Below are positions 48,962 to 58,352 of a stretch of DNA of 64,000 bases, piece after piece. Source of the DNA: Candidatus Multivoradales bacterium. GTDB taxonomy: Bacteria; Acidobacteriota; Thermoanaerobaculia; Multivoradales; JAHEKO01. The stretch lies in the NCBI GenBank assembly GCA_965248055.1, contig CBDFIJ010000004.1, positions 3,200,001-3,264,000 of the forward strand. Direction: 5' to 3'. A program made the position numbers and the translations under genes. The notes under the pieces are model-generated. The model ran no database searches. It had not been told where the DNA came from and worked only from the letters and a program-made list of their open reading frames with translations. Numbering within the stretch: the first letter of the stretch is position 1; every line of letters starts with the position of its first letter.

Positions 48962-50218
48962 TTGAGGGTGCTTATCCTCGCCCGCCGTGTTGGGCACCTC
49001 GGTCCGACCGAGGGCCGGATAGACTGGGTAACGATGACGACCCGCTGCTACAACGACCAGACAAATCCGGTACGCCAAACTACCTCGGTAAGCCAGACTA
49101 ACCCTGGGCGGCGAACAGGTTTTTCTGTGGGGCTAGCCCGTTGGGGACTCGCGGTTTGTGCCGCCGGTGTGCTGTTTGCGTGCAGCGACGGAAGTCGACT
49201 TCGGGGATTTGAACCGCTCGCCGCCCTGGTAGCGATCCAACCGGAAGGCGAGAGCGTTGCTTCGGTTCGGATGCACCAACTTCCAAGTGGTCACAAATTT
49301 TCTCTGCATGCCGTTGTTCGAGCACAGCGAGATGGGGAGATTGTCTATTTCACCGATGCTCCGGCGCTCGAAATCGAAGGAAACACGCTGACCGCACCCC
49401 AGGTGCGACCCTGGCCCGACAGTCGCACCACCCGAGTGCGCTGGTTCACCATCGAAGGGTCGCCACCCTTTATCGAGTGGGAGAAAGGGCGGCGTTTCCC
49501 ACGTCATCAAGTGGTCTTTCGTCCTGACTGGGGCAGCGGGTGGAGAATTCCGGGAGACGTTCGTCCCGGTAACTCCAACCTGGCGTTCGGGGCAGAGGGT
49601 TTTGGCCCTACTTCCTTCGGCACTGCCCGCTACTACGTAAGGGTTGAGACCTACGCGCGCGGCAACAGGTTGGCGCCTGAGGCTCGATTCGAGTCGCCGT
49701 CGCTGGTTGCGGGTGAGTTTGAGATCGATCCAGCGGTCCCTGGCGTTGTCATAAACCTTGCGGCCCCGCTAACTGTTCCGTCTCAGGTGTTTGGCTTGGC
49801 GCAAGTCGAGGGGCTACCGCCGGAACCGCAGATTCTGAAGGAATTCCAAATCCAAGCGAAGAATCGGATGACCTTCTCCAGCGCGTGGGTGTTGAACGGA
49901 TTTTTGTCGTCAATTGGCCATAACTGGGAAGACCTTGAGTGGTCGCCGCTGGACTTGTCTGGCGAAGAGCGCCAAGTCCCGTGGGGAACAGAAGTGAATC
50001 CGGGCGACTTATTGCGGGCTGGGGGCAGGGTGGTCTTCGTCTTCCAGGATGTCTCGCAGGCGAGATCGACAGACCAGGGTCTCGAACCTGCGAAGCCTGG
50101 GGTGGTTGATTACGGTGACTTGTGTTTGGACTTTTCGCGTGGCGCCTCCGTACGCCGCTTAGATGAAGTCTTCAGTGGTGGTGGGCAAGTCGAGTGGGCG
50201 CGGGTCGCGCAACGGTAG
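48962..50218 (+). CDS. Hypothetical protein, possible lipoprotein
   Basis: Long ORF in operon orientation; hydrophobic stretch ending VLFAC; true start probably downstream of 48962. Confidence 0.65.
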   Translation: MRVLILARRVGHLGPTEGRIDWVTMTTRCYNDQTNPVRQTTSVSQTNPGRRTGFSVGLARWGLAVCAAGVLFACSDGSRLRGFEPLAALVAIQPEGESVASVRMHQLPSGHKFSLHAVVRAQRDGEIVYFTDAPALEIEGNTLTAPQVRPWPDSRTTRVRWFTIEGSPPFIEWEKGRRFPRHQVVFRPDWGSGWRIPGDVRPGNSNLAFGAEGFGPTSFGTARYYVRVETYARGNRLAPEARFESPSLVAGEFEIDPAVPGVVINLAAPLTVPSQVFGLAQVEGLPPEPQILKEFQIQAKNRMTFSSAWVLNGFLSSIGHNWEDLEWSPLDLSGEERQVPWGTEVNPGDLLRAGGRVVFVFQDVSQARSTDQGLEPAKPGVVDYGDLCLDFSRGASVRRLDEVFSGGGQVEWARVAQR

Positions 50219-50310
50219 AATTGCAGCGCAGGGATCGACGGAACATTCAGAACAATAAATTGCAAGCGACGAGCCTGCGTGTATTAAGCGATTCAGAAGA
50301 GGGAACACAG

Positions 50311-51318
50311 ATGGCGAAGACAATAACTTTGATCGAGGGTGATGGTATCGGCCCGGAGGTGGTTGCTGCGGCGATTCGCATTTTGCAGGCTGCCGGAGCG
50401 GAGTTTGACTGGGACCGACAGGTTGCCGGTCAACTGGCGGTCGACAAGGGGCTCAAACCGCTACCCGACGAGTTGATTGACTCGATCAAGAGCACCGGCA
50501 TCGGTTTCAAAGGGCCAGTGACCACTCCGGTCGGTGGTGGTTTTCGCTCGGTTAACGTCGAACTTCGTAAAACGCTCGACCTTTACGCCAACCTGCGCCC
50601 GGTCCGGTCGTTACCGGGCATCGCCGAGAGGTTCACCGGGGTTGACTTGGTGGTGGTGCGGGAAAACACCGAGGGCTTGTATTCGGGTATAGAGCATCAA
50701 GTAGTTGAAGGAGTTGTCGAAAGCCTCAAGATCATTACCCGGAAGGCCTCGACCCGGATTGCTAAGTTTGCTTTTGAACATGCCCGGAAACATGGCCGGC
50801 GACGGGTCACTGCGGTGCACAAAGCGAACATCATGAAGCTCTCGGATGGTCTGTTCTTGCAGTGTGTGCGGGAGGTCGCCGAGGACTACCCGGAGATCGA
50901 ATGCGACGATCGCATCGTCGATGCGATGTCGATGCATTTGGTAATTCGGCCCGAAACCTATGACGTCTTGGTATTACCTAACTTATATGGAGACATTGTT
51001 TCCGACTTGGCTGCCGGACTGGTGGGAGGTCTGGGGATCGTTCCCGGGGCCAATATTGGCGAGCTGGAGTCGGTGTTCGAAGCGGTGCACGGCAGTGCTC
51101 CCGATATCGCCGGGCAAGATATCGCCAACCCAACGGCGGTGCTCCGTTCTGGGGTGCTGATGCTGCGCCATCTCGGAATGAACCAGGAGGCGGAGAGAAT
51201 TTCTACTGCGACCCTTCGTTTATTCAAGCGCCGAGAGCATCTCACCCGCGATGTGGGCGGCAATGCCAGCACTACCGAGTTCACCGACGCGGTAATTCGA
51301 GAGATGGAAGCGGCCTAG
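50311..51318 (+). CDS. Isocitrate/isopropylmalate dehydrogenase family, NAD-IDH-like
   Basis: [59 protein letters not shown]. Confidence 0.92.
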   Translation: MAKTITLIEGDGIGPEVVAAAIRILQAAGAEFDWDRQVAGQLAVDKGLKPLPDELIDSIKSTGIGFKGPVTTPVGGGFRSVNVELRKTLDLYANLRPVRSLPGIAERFTGVDLVVVRENTEGLYSGIEHQVVEGVVESLKIITRKASTRIAKFAFEHARKHGRRRVTAVHKANIMKLSDGLFLQCVREVAEDYPEIECDDRIVDAMSMHLVIRPETYDVLVLPNLYGDIVSDLAAGLVGGLGIVPGANIGELESVFEAVHGSAPDIAGQDIANPTAVLRSGVLMLRHLGMNQEAERISTATLRLFKRREHLTRDVGGNASTTEFTDAVIREMEAA

Positions 51319-53156
51319 GATTCGAGCTTCTCGATCAACGCGTCTTGGGTCAGCAGTTCGGAAAACAGAAAGGGTTCCTGTCCCGGTAGGTAGAGGACAT
51401 AAGTGGGGACCGAGTAGCGGCCATGACGAGCCAGGTAGTCGGCGATGGTGTCGTCTCGGCTAGTCCAGTCGGCTTTCATCGCCACCACGCCACGCTCGGC
51501 AAAGACCGCGGCCATGGTTTCGGTTTCCAGAACTAGCCGTTCGTTGACCTTACAAGTGAAGCACCAGTCGGCGGTGACATCGACAAACACTGGTTGGTGT
51601 TGCTCCAGCAAGGTGTCGATCCGCGTTTCATCGAAGGTTTCCCAGGTAAGGTGATGCTGGGTTTCAGAGGCCGCCACTGGCGCTTGGGCTCCGCCAGTAA
51701 CCATCAAGCCGATCGCACCGGCAATCACCGCCGCTGCCCAAGGCAGCATGCGAGCCTTGCCGCGTACCCGGCTGGCGGCCCAAATCGCTCCGGCCACCCC
51801 AAGCAACGCCAGTTGAAACGCCGCCAGGGATGCCCGGGGGATCTGATTGGCGAGTACGTAGAACAGCCACACTGCCGCTGCGGCGAGCAAGAATCCCATG
51901 GCGATCTTGAGCTGTTCCATCCAAGCACCGGGCTTGGGTAAAAAGCGCGCCAGGCCGGGGGCGATTAACAGCGCCAGATATGGCAAGGCCATGCCCAGCC
52001 CGACCGCCGTGAAGATGGTCAAGATGATGGCTGATGGCTGAGCGAGCGCGAAACCGACTGCGGTGCCGAGAAACGGCGCTGAACAAGGGGTTGCCATCAA
52101 GGTGGTGAACAACCCAGAGGCGAAGTGCCCCCCGAGCCCGTGCTTGGATTCAGTGGAGCCCATTTTGGTCACCAGTGAGGACGGCAAGATGATCTCAAAC
52201 AGGCCCCATAGGTTGAGGCAGAAAAGAATCACCACCAAAGCCAATGCGGCGACGAACAACGGTTCTTGAAACTGCACCCCCCAGCCGACCGCCCGCCCGG
52301 CCGATCGGGCCATGATCGCGACCAACGCGAGCGCCCAAAATGAGATCAAGATGCCTCCGGCGGTAGCGAAACTGCCGCGCCGAACAACCGAACTTCCCTG
52401 ATCGCTATCGCGAATCAGAGAAAAAATCTTCAGTGACAGGACCGGCAAGACGCACGGCATAGCGTTAAGGATCAGGCCTCCGAGCAGGCCGAATAGAAAC
52501 ATCCAAGCTACCGATGGCCCGGACTTGCTTGCTGATGACGCTGGCGCCATCTCTGCTTTGTTGTCAAAAAAGGCTTGATTCTGAGCCTCGCCCTTCGCGC
52601 CCACCTTCAGACGGACGATCGATTCGGTGGTAACCGGTGCTAGGCAACTGCGGTCGTCGCACGCTTGATAGGTAAGCATGAACGGAATCGTGACCTCGCC
52701 GCTAACCCCCTCGGGCACGGCAATGTCGGCATAAATCAGTGCCTCACCTTGGTAGACCGAGAGCGGTTCGTCGGCGAAGGCAAAAGAGGACATGTGGCCC
52801 TCGGGGAAATGTAGCTCGGCCGGCTCCCAGTCGGCCAAAACTCCGACACTGAGGTCGGTGCCAATCAGGTAGTCATAGGTTGGGGTGTGGCTGTTGGTGT
52901 GCCAGTCCGGGTGGATGGTCATCAACGCTGCGGCCTGCACCGTCGATCCGGCCTGGTAGCTGTCTCGATCCAGTAGGACCTCAAGATAGGCACGTTCGGT
53001 CGCCGAAAAGGTCAGCTCAAGTTCACTTTCTTGAGCCGCCCCGCTGCCAGCGAACCAGGCCATCCAAGCCGCCAAGAAAAAACGTTTGACGATCGTTGTC
53101 GAAGAAGTTTGCCGCCACAATCGGCTGTATTTAGGATTTGGCTTGGCTGGTTTCAT
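51315..53156 (-). CDS. dsbD: Thiol:disulfide interchange protein DsbD family
   Basis: N-domain QACDDRSC, TM Cys pair in MPCVLPV and TPCSAP, thioredoxin WCFTC; start uncertain. Confidence 0.9.
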   Translation of the reverse strand: MKPAKPNPKYSRLWRQTSSTTIVKRFFLAAWMAWFAGSGAAQESELELTFSATERAYLEVLLDRDSYQAGSTVQAAALMTIHPDWHTNSHTPTYDYLIGTDLSVGVLADWEPAELHFPEGHMSSFAFADEPLSVYQGEALIYADIAVPEGVSGEVTIPFMLTYQACDDRSCLAPVTTESIVRLKVGAKGEAQNQAFFDNKAEMAPASSASKSGPSVAWMFLFGLLGGLILNAMPCVLPVLSLKIFSLIRDSDQGSSVVRRGSFATAGGILISFWALALVAIMARSAGRAVGWGVQFQEPLFVAALALVVILFCLNLWGLFEIILPSSLVTKMGSTESKHGLGGHFASGLFTTLMATPCSAPFLGTAVGFALAQPSAIILTIFTAVGLGMALPYLALLIAPGLARFLPKPGAWMEQLKIAMGFLLAAAAVWLFYVLANQIPRASLAAFQLALLGVAGAIWAASRVRGKARMLPWAAAVIAGAIGLMVTGGAQAPVAASETQHHLTWETFDETRIDTLLEQHQPVFVDVTADWCFTCKVNERLVLETETMAAVFAERGVVAMKADWTSRDDTIADYLARHGRYSVPTYVLYLPGQEPFLFSELLTQDALIEKLES

Positions 53157-53211
53157 TAATATCTCCGAAACTGCATTCCCGCAACGACCGTTTGTCGATA
53201 TCCTTTGCCGC

Positions 53212-54384
53212 ATGCCGCTATCAACCCGGGCCAACCGCATTCACGAGAGCGCGACTTTCAAGGTCGCCGCTAGGGCTGCACAACTGCGCTCTGAAGGCCG
53301 ACAAATTTTGAGCCTCGGGGTCGGAGAGCCCGATTTTTCCTCACCGGATGTCGCCATCCAAGCAGCCCAACAAGCGCTGCAAGAGGGGCACACCCGGTAC
53401 GCTCCGACCGCCGGCCTGCCACAACTGCGACAGGCTATCGCGACCCGCATCGGAAAAGTATACGGCGGCCCGTGGACCGCGGATCATGTAACGGTAACCG
53501 TCGGCGGCAAAGCCGCTCTTTTTGAATTGGCATTGGCTCTGTTTGGCTCTGGCGACGAAGTCATCCTCCCGTCACCCTATTGGGTCAGCTTTCCAGAGCA
53601 AATTAGATTTTGTGGCGCGCGAATGATTCCGGTGCGCACCGATCCATCGGAGCGATTTGAGGTCACCGCTGAGCAGATCCTCGGGGCGATGAGCGAGTCG
53701 ACTCGAGCGGTGATCCTCAACAGTCCCAGTAACCCGACCGGTGCGGTGGTCGCTGCACACGTTTTGCAGCAGGTTGTTGCCGAGTGCGCCCAGCGCGGAA
53801 TCGTGGTGATAGCAGACGAGACTTATGATCGGTTTGTCTACGACGGACCGTTTTCAAGCATTGCACCCTTGGCGCACGAATTTCCTGAGACCGTGGTCTT
53901 GGTGGGGTCGTTTTCCAAAACCTATGCGATGACCGGCTGGAGGCTTGGCTATCTCTTGGCCAACGCGGAGATCAGTGGTGCGGTACGCAAGATCCAGGGG
54001 CACGCGACCTCGGCTCCCACCACCTTCGCGATGCACGGCGCGCTGGCCGCCTTGGAGTCTGGTGAGCAACGGGTTGCCAAGATGGTCGAGGTCTTCCGCA
54101 GCCGTAGAGACCTGTTGATTCGGAGGATGGCGGCGATGGAAGGATTCTCCTGCGCCGCTCCGGCGGGGGCTTTCTATTGCTTCCCGCATGTTCGACGTTT
54201 GTTCAGCCCATCGATTCCCGACTCGAGTGCGTTCTGCACCTATCTGCTTGAAGAGGCAGGAGTTGCGACCGTGCCAGGGATCGCGTTTGGCGCTGATGAC
54301 CACATTCGCATCTCTTTTGCATGTTCCGAAGAGATGCTGAATGAGGGGCTCGACTTAGTCGCCCAAGCTATTCAGCGCCTGTGA
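53212..54384 (+). CDS. Class I/II PLP aminotransferase (aspartate aminotransferase-like)
   Basis: GEPDF, NSPSNPTG, DETY, SKTYAMTGWRLG, GAFY, RISFA. Confidence 0.93.
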   Translation: MPLSTRANRIHESATFKVAARAAQLRSEGRQILSLGVGEPDFSSPDVAIQAAQQALQEGHTRYAPTAGLPQLRQAIATRIGKVYGGPWTADHVTVTVGGKAALFELALALFGSGDEVILPSPYWVSFPEQIRFCGARMIPVRTDPSERFEVTAEQILGAMSESTRAVILNSPSNPTGAVVAAHVLQQVVAECAQRGIVVIADETYDRFVYDGPFSSIAPLAHEFPETVVLVGSFSKTYAMTGWRLGYLLANAEISGAVRKIQGHATSAPTTFAMHGALAALESGEQRVAKMVEVFRSRRDLLIRRMAAMEGFSCAAPAGAFYCFPHVRRLFSPSIPDSSAFCTYLLEEAGVATVPGIAFGADDHIRISFACSEEMLNEGLDLVAQAIQRL

Positions 54385-54480
54385 AGTTAGCTCTCTGAAG
54401 TTGGCTCTCTGAAGAGGACACTGTGAAATCATAAGCCCGGGCCTCGGTGTCGAGGGCGAGCAATCATCTGGGAGGACACA

Positions 54481-55761
54481 ATGCACACCAATCAACCAAA
54501 TTTGACCGCTTTTCCTTGGCGGAGAAACCTCTCCATAGGCAGTTCATCGCTCCTAATGCTGACGATGTCTTTCTTGCTGGCCACAGCTCCTCTGACCGCA
54601 GCAGGCCGAGACGCCAGAGTCTTGGGCACGGTGGTCGATGAAGCGGGAGAGCGCTTGGAAGGGGTGGCGGTTTCGATTCGCGATGAAGAAGGCGAGACCG
54701 TGGCGACCACCAATCGCAAGGGTCGATTCTCAGTGATCCTGGCTGATGGCACCAAGCCCTACATCATCCGTCTGGAGAAAGAAGGCTACCGGATGTTGGA
54801 AGAGCCGATGTACCCCAAGGTCGGACAGGCGATAGCCAAGACCTGGACTCTGATCGAGGGAACCGACGGTCCGCGTACCAACGCCGAAGCCGCGGAGGCC
54901 TATTCGACCGGTATCGAAGCGCTGCGAGCTGGGGACGCGGATGTGGCGCTCGAAGCCTTGGAGCGCAGCGTGGCGGCCGATCCCACGTTCGTGCCTGGAC
55001 GGCAAGGTCTGGTCCTGGCGCTGTTGAGTGCCTCCCAGTGGCAGCGCGCTCAACTAGTTGCAGACCAGATACTGGCTGAAAACCCAGAAGACACCTTGGC
55101 GCTTAAGGGCGCCTATGATGCCGCCCACCAGATCGCGGCGCATGACGCGGCGGGCTCCTATCTCGAACGCTTGCTGGCCTTGGAGCAGAGCACTGAAGCC
55201 GCCGAGAGAATTTTCAATCAAGCGGTTTACTATGCACAAAGTGGCGACTTGGAAAAAGGGCGAACGATGCTGGAATCAGCAATCGAGATGGATCCGGTGC
55301 TCGGTCAGGCCTACCTTGCTTTGGCGACCTTGCACTTGGATGACGACCAATTTGATGAAGCCTTGGCGGTCTCCGATCGATTGCTGGCGATAGAAGCAGA
55401 CAACGTGGACGCCTTGAGTATTCGCTACGAGGTGTTTCGCCGCAGCGGGGACAAAGAAAATCTAGACCTAGCTCTTCGAGCGTTGCAATACGCTGATCCG
55501 CAGAAAATTGCCGACGCCTTCTTTCAACAGGGCTCGGCGCTGTTCGAGGAAAATAGTCTGGAGGCAGCTGCGGACGCCTTTGAGCGGGTATTGGCCGCGG
55601 TCCCCGACGATCCGAGAACCCATTACATGCTCGGCAAAGTACTGACCAGCAAGGGTGACTACGAGCAAGCGGTGACCCATCTCAAGCGTTTCGTCGAACT
55701 GGCGCCCGAGGATCCAGACGTCGCCGAGGCGCAAGAAATCATCGGCTATCTGGACAACTAG
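54481..55761 (+). CDS. Secreted TPR protein with N-terminal carboxypeptidase-regulatory-like (prealbumin fold) domain
   Basis: Signal-like hydrophobic segment; GTVVDEAGERLEGVAV..TNRKGRF..EKEGY; multiple TPR-like repeats. Confidence 0.8.
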   Translation: MHTNQPNLTAFPWRRNLSIGSSSLLMLTMSFLLATAPLTAAGRDARVLGTVVDEAGERLEGVAVSIRDEEGETVATTNRKGRFSVILADGTKPYIIRLEKEGYRMLEEPMYPKVGQAIAKTWTLIEGTDGPRTNAEAAEAYSTGIEALRAGDADVALEALERSVAADPTFVPGRQGLVLALLSASQWQRAQLVADQILAENPEDTLALKGAYDAAHQIAAHDAAGSYLERLLALEQSTEAAERIFNQAVYYAQSGDLEKGRTMLESAIEMDPVLGQAYLALATLHLDDDQFDEALAVSDRLLAIEADNVDALSIRYEVFRRSGDKENLDLALRALQYADPQKIADAFFQQGSALFEENSLEAAADAFERVLAAVPDDPRTHYMLGKVLTSKGDYEQAVTHLKRFVELAPEDPDVAEAQEIIGYLDN

Positions 55762-55793
55762 AAGACGGTACTAGCCGTCGCTGCTACCCGGAG

Positions 55794-57083
55794 CTATCTG
55801 GAATAGACTTTCTTGCCGCCAACCCAGGTTGCTGCCACGACCTCGTCACCAGCAGAGAAAGCCAGCATTGAGGCTAGGTTCTCTGGGGTCCAACCTGACA
55901 GCACCGGATGGCCGAGATTGAGCGCACAAAAGTCCGCCCATAGGCCGCTCCGAATCGCCCCGCTGGCAACCCCCAAGGATCGTGCGCCGCCAATCGTTGC
56001 TGCTTGCAAGAGCGCCGGAGCCGGTTCGTTGTGCTTCCGAACCACGCCGCGTTGTCCAGAGCGCAGCCGCTGGCCGTACTCCAGCCAGCGTAGTTCCTGG
56101 AGCATCGAGATGTGGACGTTGGAGTCGCTGCCCAGGCACAGACTGTCGGTGGCCGTAGCTAGATCCCAGGTGGGAATCCCATCGCCCAGGTTGGCTTCGG
56201 TGATCGGGCAAATGCAAGCTCGGCCGCCGCGAGCAAAGAATTCCTGAGCCTCGTCGTTTTGCGAATGGGTCAGATGAACCGCGGTGAAGCGATCGTTCAC
56301 CGCACCGCGGTCCAGCAATAGAGTCAAGGGACCGATCCCATATTGAGCCTTGCAGTCGCTGATCTCGAGTGGCTGTTCTTCGAGATGCATATGGCAGACC
56401 AGACCGCGCTGTTTCGCTTCCTGCGCGATCTCGATGACCTCCTCAGCGGCGGCAGCACGAATGCTATGGATCGCGGCTCCCAAATGGATCGTTGTCTCGT
56501 CAAACTCTTTGGCCAGCGCATCCTGATGTGCCCAGTAGAGCTCGGGGTTGGGAGTCGAGAAGCGCAGTTGAGAGGGCTCCAGAGGACGGTCGATCCCTCC
56601 GCTCTGGTAGTAGGTCACCAGCGGCGCGATGCGAATTCCTGCCTGGCGGGCCGCTGCCAACAACCTGCGATCAAGGGCAAAGTCGATGTCCTGCAAGTGG
56701 TGCAGATAGTGAAATTCTCCGACGGTAGTAATGCCAGCCGCCAGCATTTCGCGAAATGCTCGCAGGCACAGAGCCTCGAAACGATCTCCGGTTAGGTCGT
56801 CTACCAGGGCATACATTGCTTGGCGCCAACTCCAGAAGTCGCCGCCTGGATCCGAATAGCTTTCGCCGAGTCCACGCAGACCGATCTGAAAGGCGTGCGA
56901 GTGAGCGTTGACAAATCCGGGAATCAACGCGGTATTGGCCAGGGTCACTGTTTCTCGTTTTGAGTGCGACAGGTCGAGCTGATCGGCTATCCGTCCAATC
57001 TTGCCCTGGTGGTCGATATCGATCGCGACTCCTGTTTGAAAGGCGCCGTCAATCCAAGCGACCGTAGGTTGTAACCAGGTCAT
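55794..57083 (-). CDS. hutF: Formimidoylglutamate deiminase (amidohydrolase)
   Basis: NAHSHAFQ..LRG, DFWSWRQAMY, EFHYLHH, HSIRA, CPITEANLGDG, GSDSN, ELRWLEYGQRL. Confidence 0.88.
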   Translation of the reverse strand: MTWLQPTVAWIDGAFQTGVAIDIDHQGKIGRIADQLDLSHSKRETVTLANTALIPGFVNAHSHAFQIGLRGLGESYSDPGGDFWSWRQAMYALVDDLTGDRFEALCLRAFREMLAAGITTVGEFHYLHHLQDIDFALDRRLLAAARQAGIRIAPLVTYYQSGGIDRPLEPSQLRFSTPNPELYWAHQDALAKEFDETTIHLGAAIHSIRAAAAEEVIEIAQEAKQRGLVCHMHLEEQPLEISDCKAQYGIGPLTLLLDRGAVNDRFTAVHLTHSQNDEAQEFFARGGRACICPITEANLGDGIPTWDLATATDSLCLGSDSNVHISMLQELRWLEYGQRLRSGQRGVVRKHNEPAPALLQAATIGGARSLGVASGAIRSGLWADFCALNLGHPVLSGWTPENLASMLAFSAGDEVVAATWVGGKKVYSR

Positions 57084-58267
57084 GGGGAGGTTCTATTAAC
57101 GGAGCCAACATTATCAACGCAAAGATCTTGGATCACCGCGTCCAAGATCGACCTTGCGCGCGCGACGTCTTTCTTGGGTAGAAACTCGTTGGCCCGGTGC
57201 GCCACCTGGATAGATCCAGGTCCAAACAAGGCGCAGTCGTATCCCGCTTGACTCAGGAATCCGCCGTCACTGGAGAACTGAACCGCCGACGCTTGGTTCG
57301 TTCCGCTAGCCCGTTTTAAGGCTTCTATCAACGAGGCGTCGTCGTCGGTCGCCATCGGCGGGCTCAAACGGCCGAGCTCCAGCCGATAGCGACACGAAGT
57401 GGCTGCTTTGGTGGCCGCGTCAATCCGCTCGACGATCTCTTCGGGCTGGGTCCCGGGCAACAGACGCACGCCGATCTGAATCCGACATTGCTCGGGGATC
57501 ACGTTGACCGCGTCGCCTCCGGCAACCGACGCGACGTGTAAAACGGTGTAGGGGACACTGCCAAATTGATTGCTCAGAGCCGTGCGCTCCTGCCGCAGGG
57601 AATGGGCGAGTTGCTCCAATGCAATCATCACCTGAGCTGCCGCGGTCACCGCATTCACTCCCTGTTTGGGATAGGCGCTGTGCCCAGCCGCGCCAAAAAC
57701 AGTCAGCGTCAGCCGTAAGTGTCCTTTGTGCAACCGATGGATCTGCAGGTCGGTAGGCTCGCCGATCAGCATCGACTTTGGGGCCCTGTGGGTCGGGGCG
57801 CTGTGCGCCGCATTGGTAGTGAAATGCTCAGCGCCGTACGAGCCGATCTCTTCATCGTAGGTCACCAGCAGCGCCAGGGGGGCTCGCAGGGAGCGCTTGC
57901 TCCAAGCGACCAGCCGTTCACAGGCAAGAGCGAGAAATCCCTTCATGTCGGCGGTGCCGCGACCAACCCAGCGATCCTCGGTTGAGGTCAAGAAAAACGG
58001 AGCTGAATTCCAGTCCGGCTCCTCAGCGGGGACCGTGTCGCTGTGACCGCACAACGTCAAACCATGGGCAGCGTCTTCTCTGCCCGGCCCAGTGATCGCG
58101 AATAAGTTGGCTTTGCCTGCGTCGTTGGGTTCGACGTGGCACTTGATCTCTTTGCTCGCGAGGAAATCGGCAATGGTCTCGATCGCCCGGAGATTACTCT
58201 TAGAACTGGTGGTATCGATCGCCACCAACTGGGCAAACAATTCTTCAAACTGGAGGTGAGCTTTCAC
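57080..58267 (-). CDS. argE: M20 family deacylase, acetylornithine deacetylase-like
   Basis: GHSDTVP, GRGTADMKGF, YDEEIG, GEPT, GPGSIQVAH; ATGA overlap with hutF. Confidence 0.85.
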   Translation of the reverse strand: MKAHLQFEELFAQLVAIDTTSSKSNLRAIETIADFLASKEIKCHVEPNDAGKANLFAITGPGREDAAHGLTLCGHSDTVPAEEPDWNSAPFFLTSTEDRWVGRGTADMKGFLALACERLVAWSKRSLRAPLALLVTYDEEIGSYGAEHFTTNAAHSAPTHRAPKSMLIGEPTDLQIHRLHKGHLRLTLTVFGAAGHSAYPKQGVNAVTAAAQVMIALEQLAHSLRQERTALSNQFGSVPYTVLHVASVAGGDAVNVIPEQCRIQIGVRLLPGTQPEEIVERIDAATKAATSCRYRLELGRLSPPMATDDDASLIEALKRASGTNQASAVQFSSDGGFLSQAGYDCALFGPGSIQVAHRANEFLPKKDVARARSILDAVIQDLCVDNVGSVNRTSP

Positions 58268-58352
58268 CTTGAGATGCTATCTGACCGCCGCTCGATTAGG
58301 TGCCTTAACTGAGTCGCCAAAGTAGCTTGAGGGAGCAGGGTAGAATGGGCTG

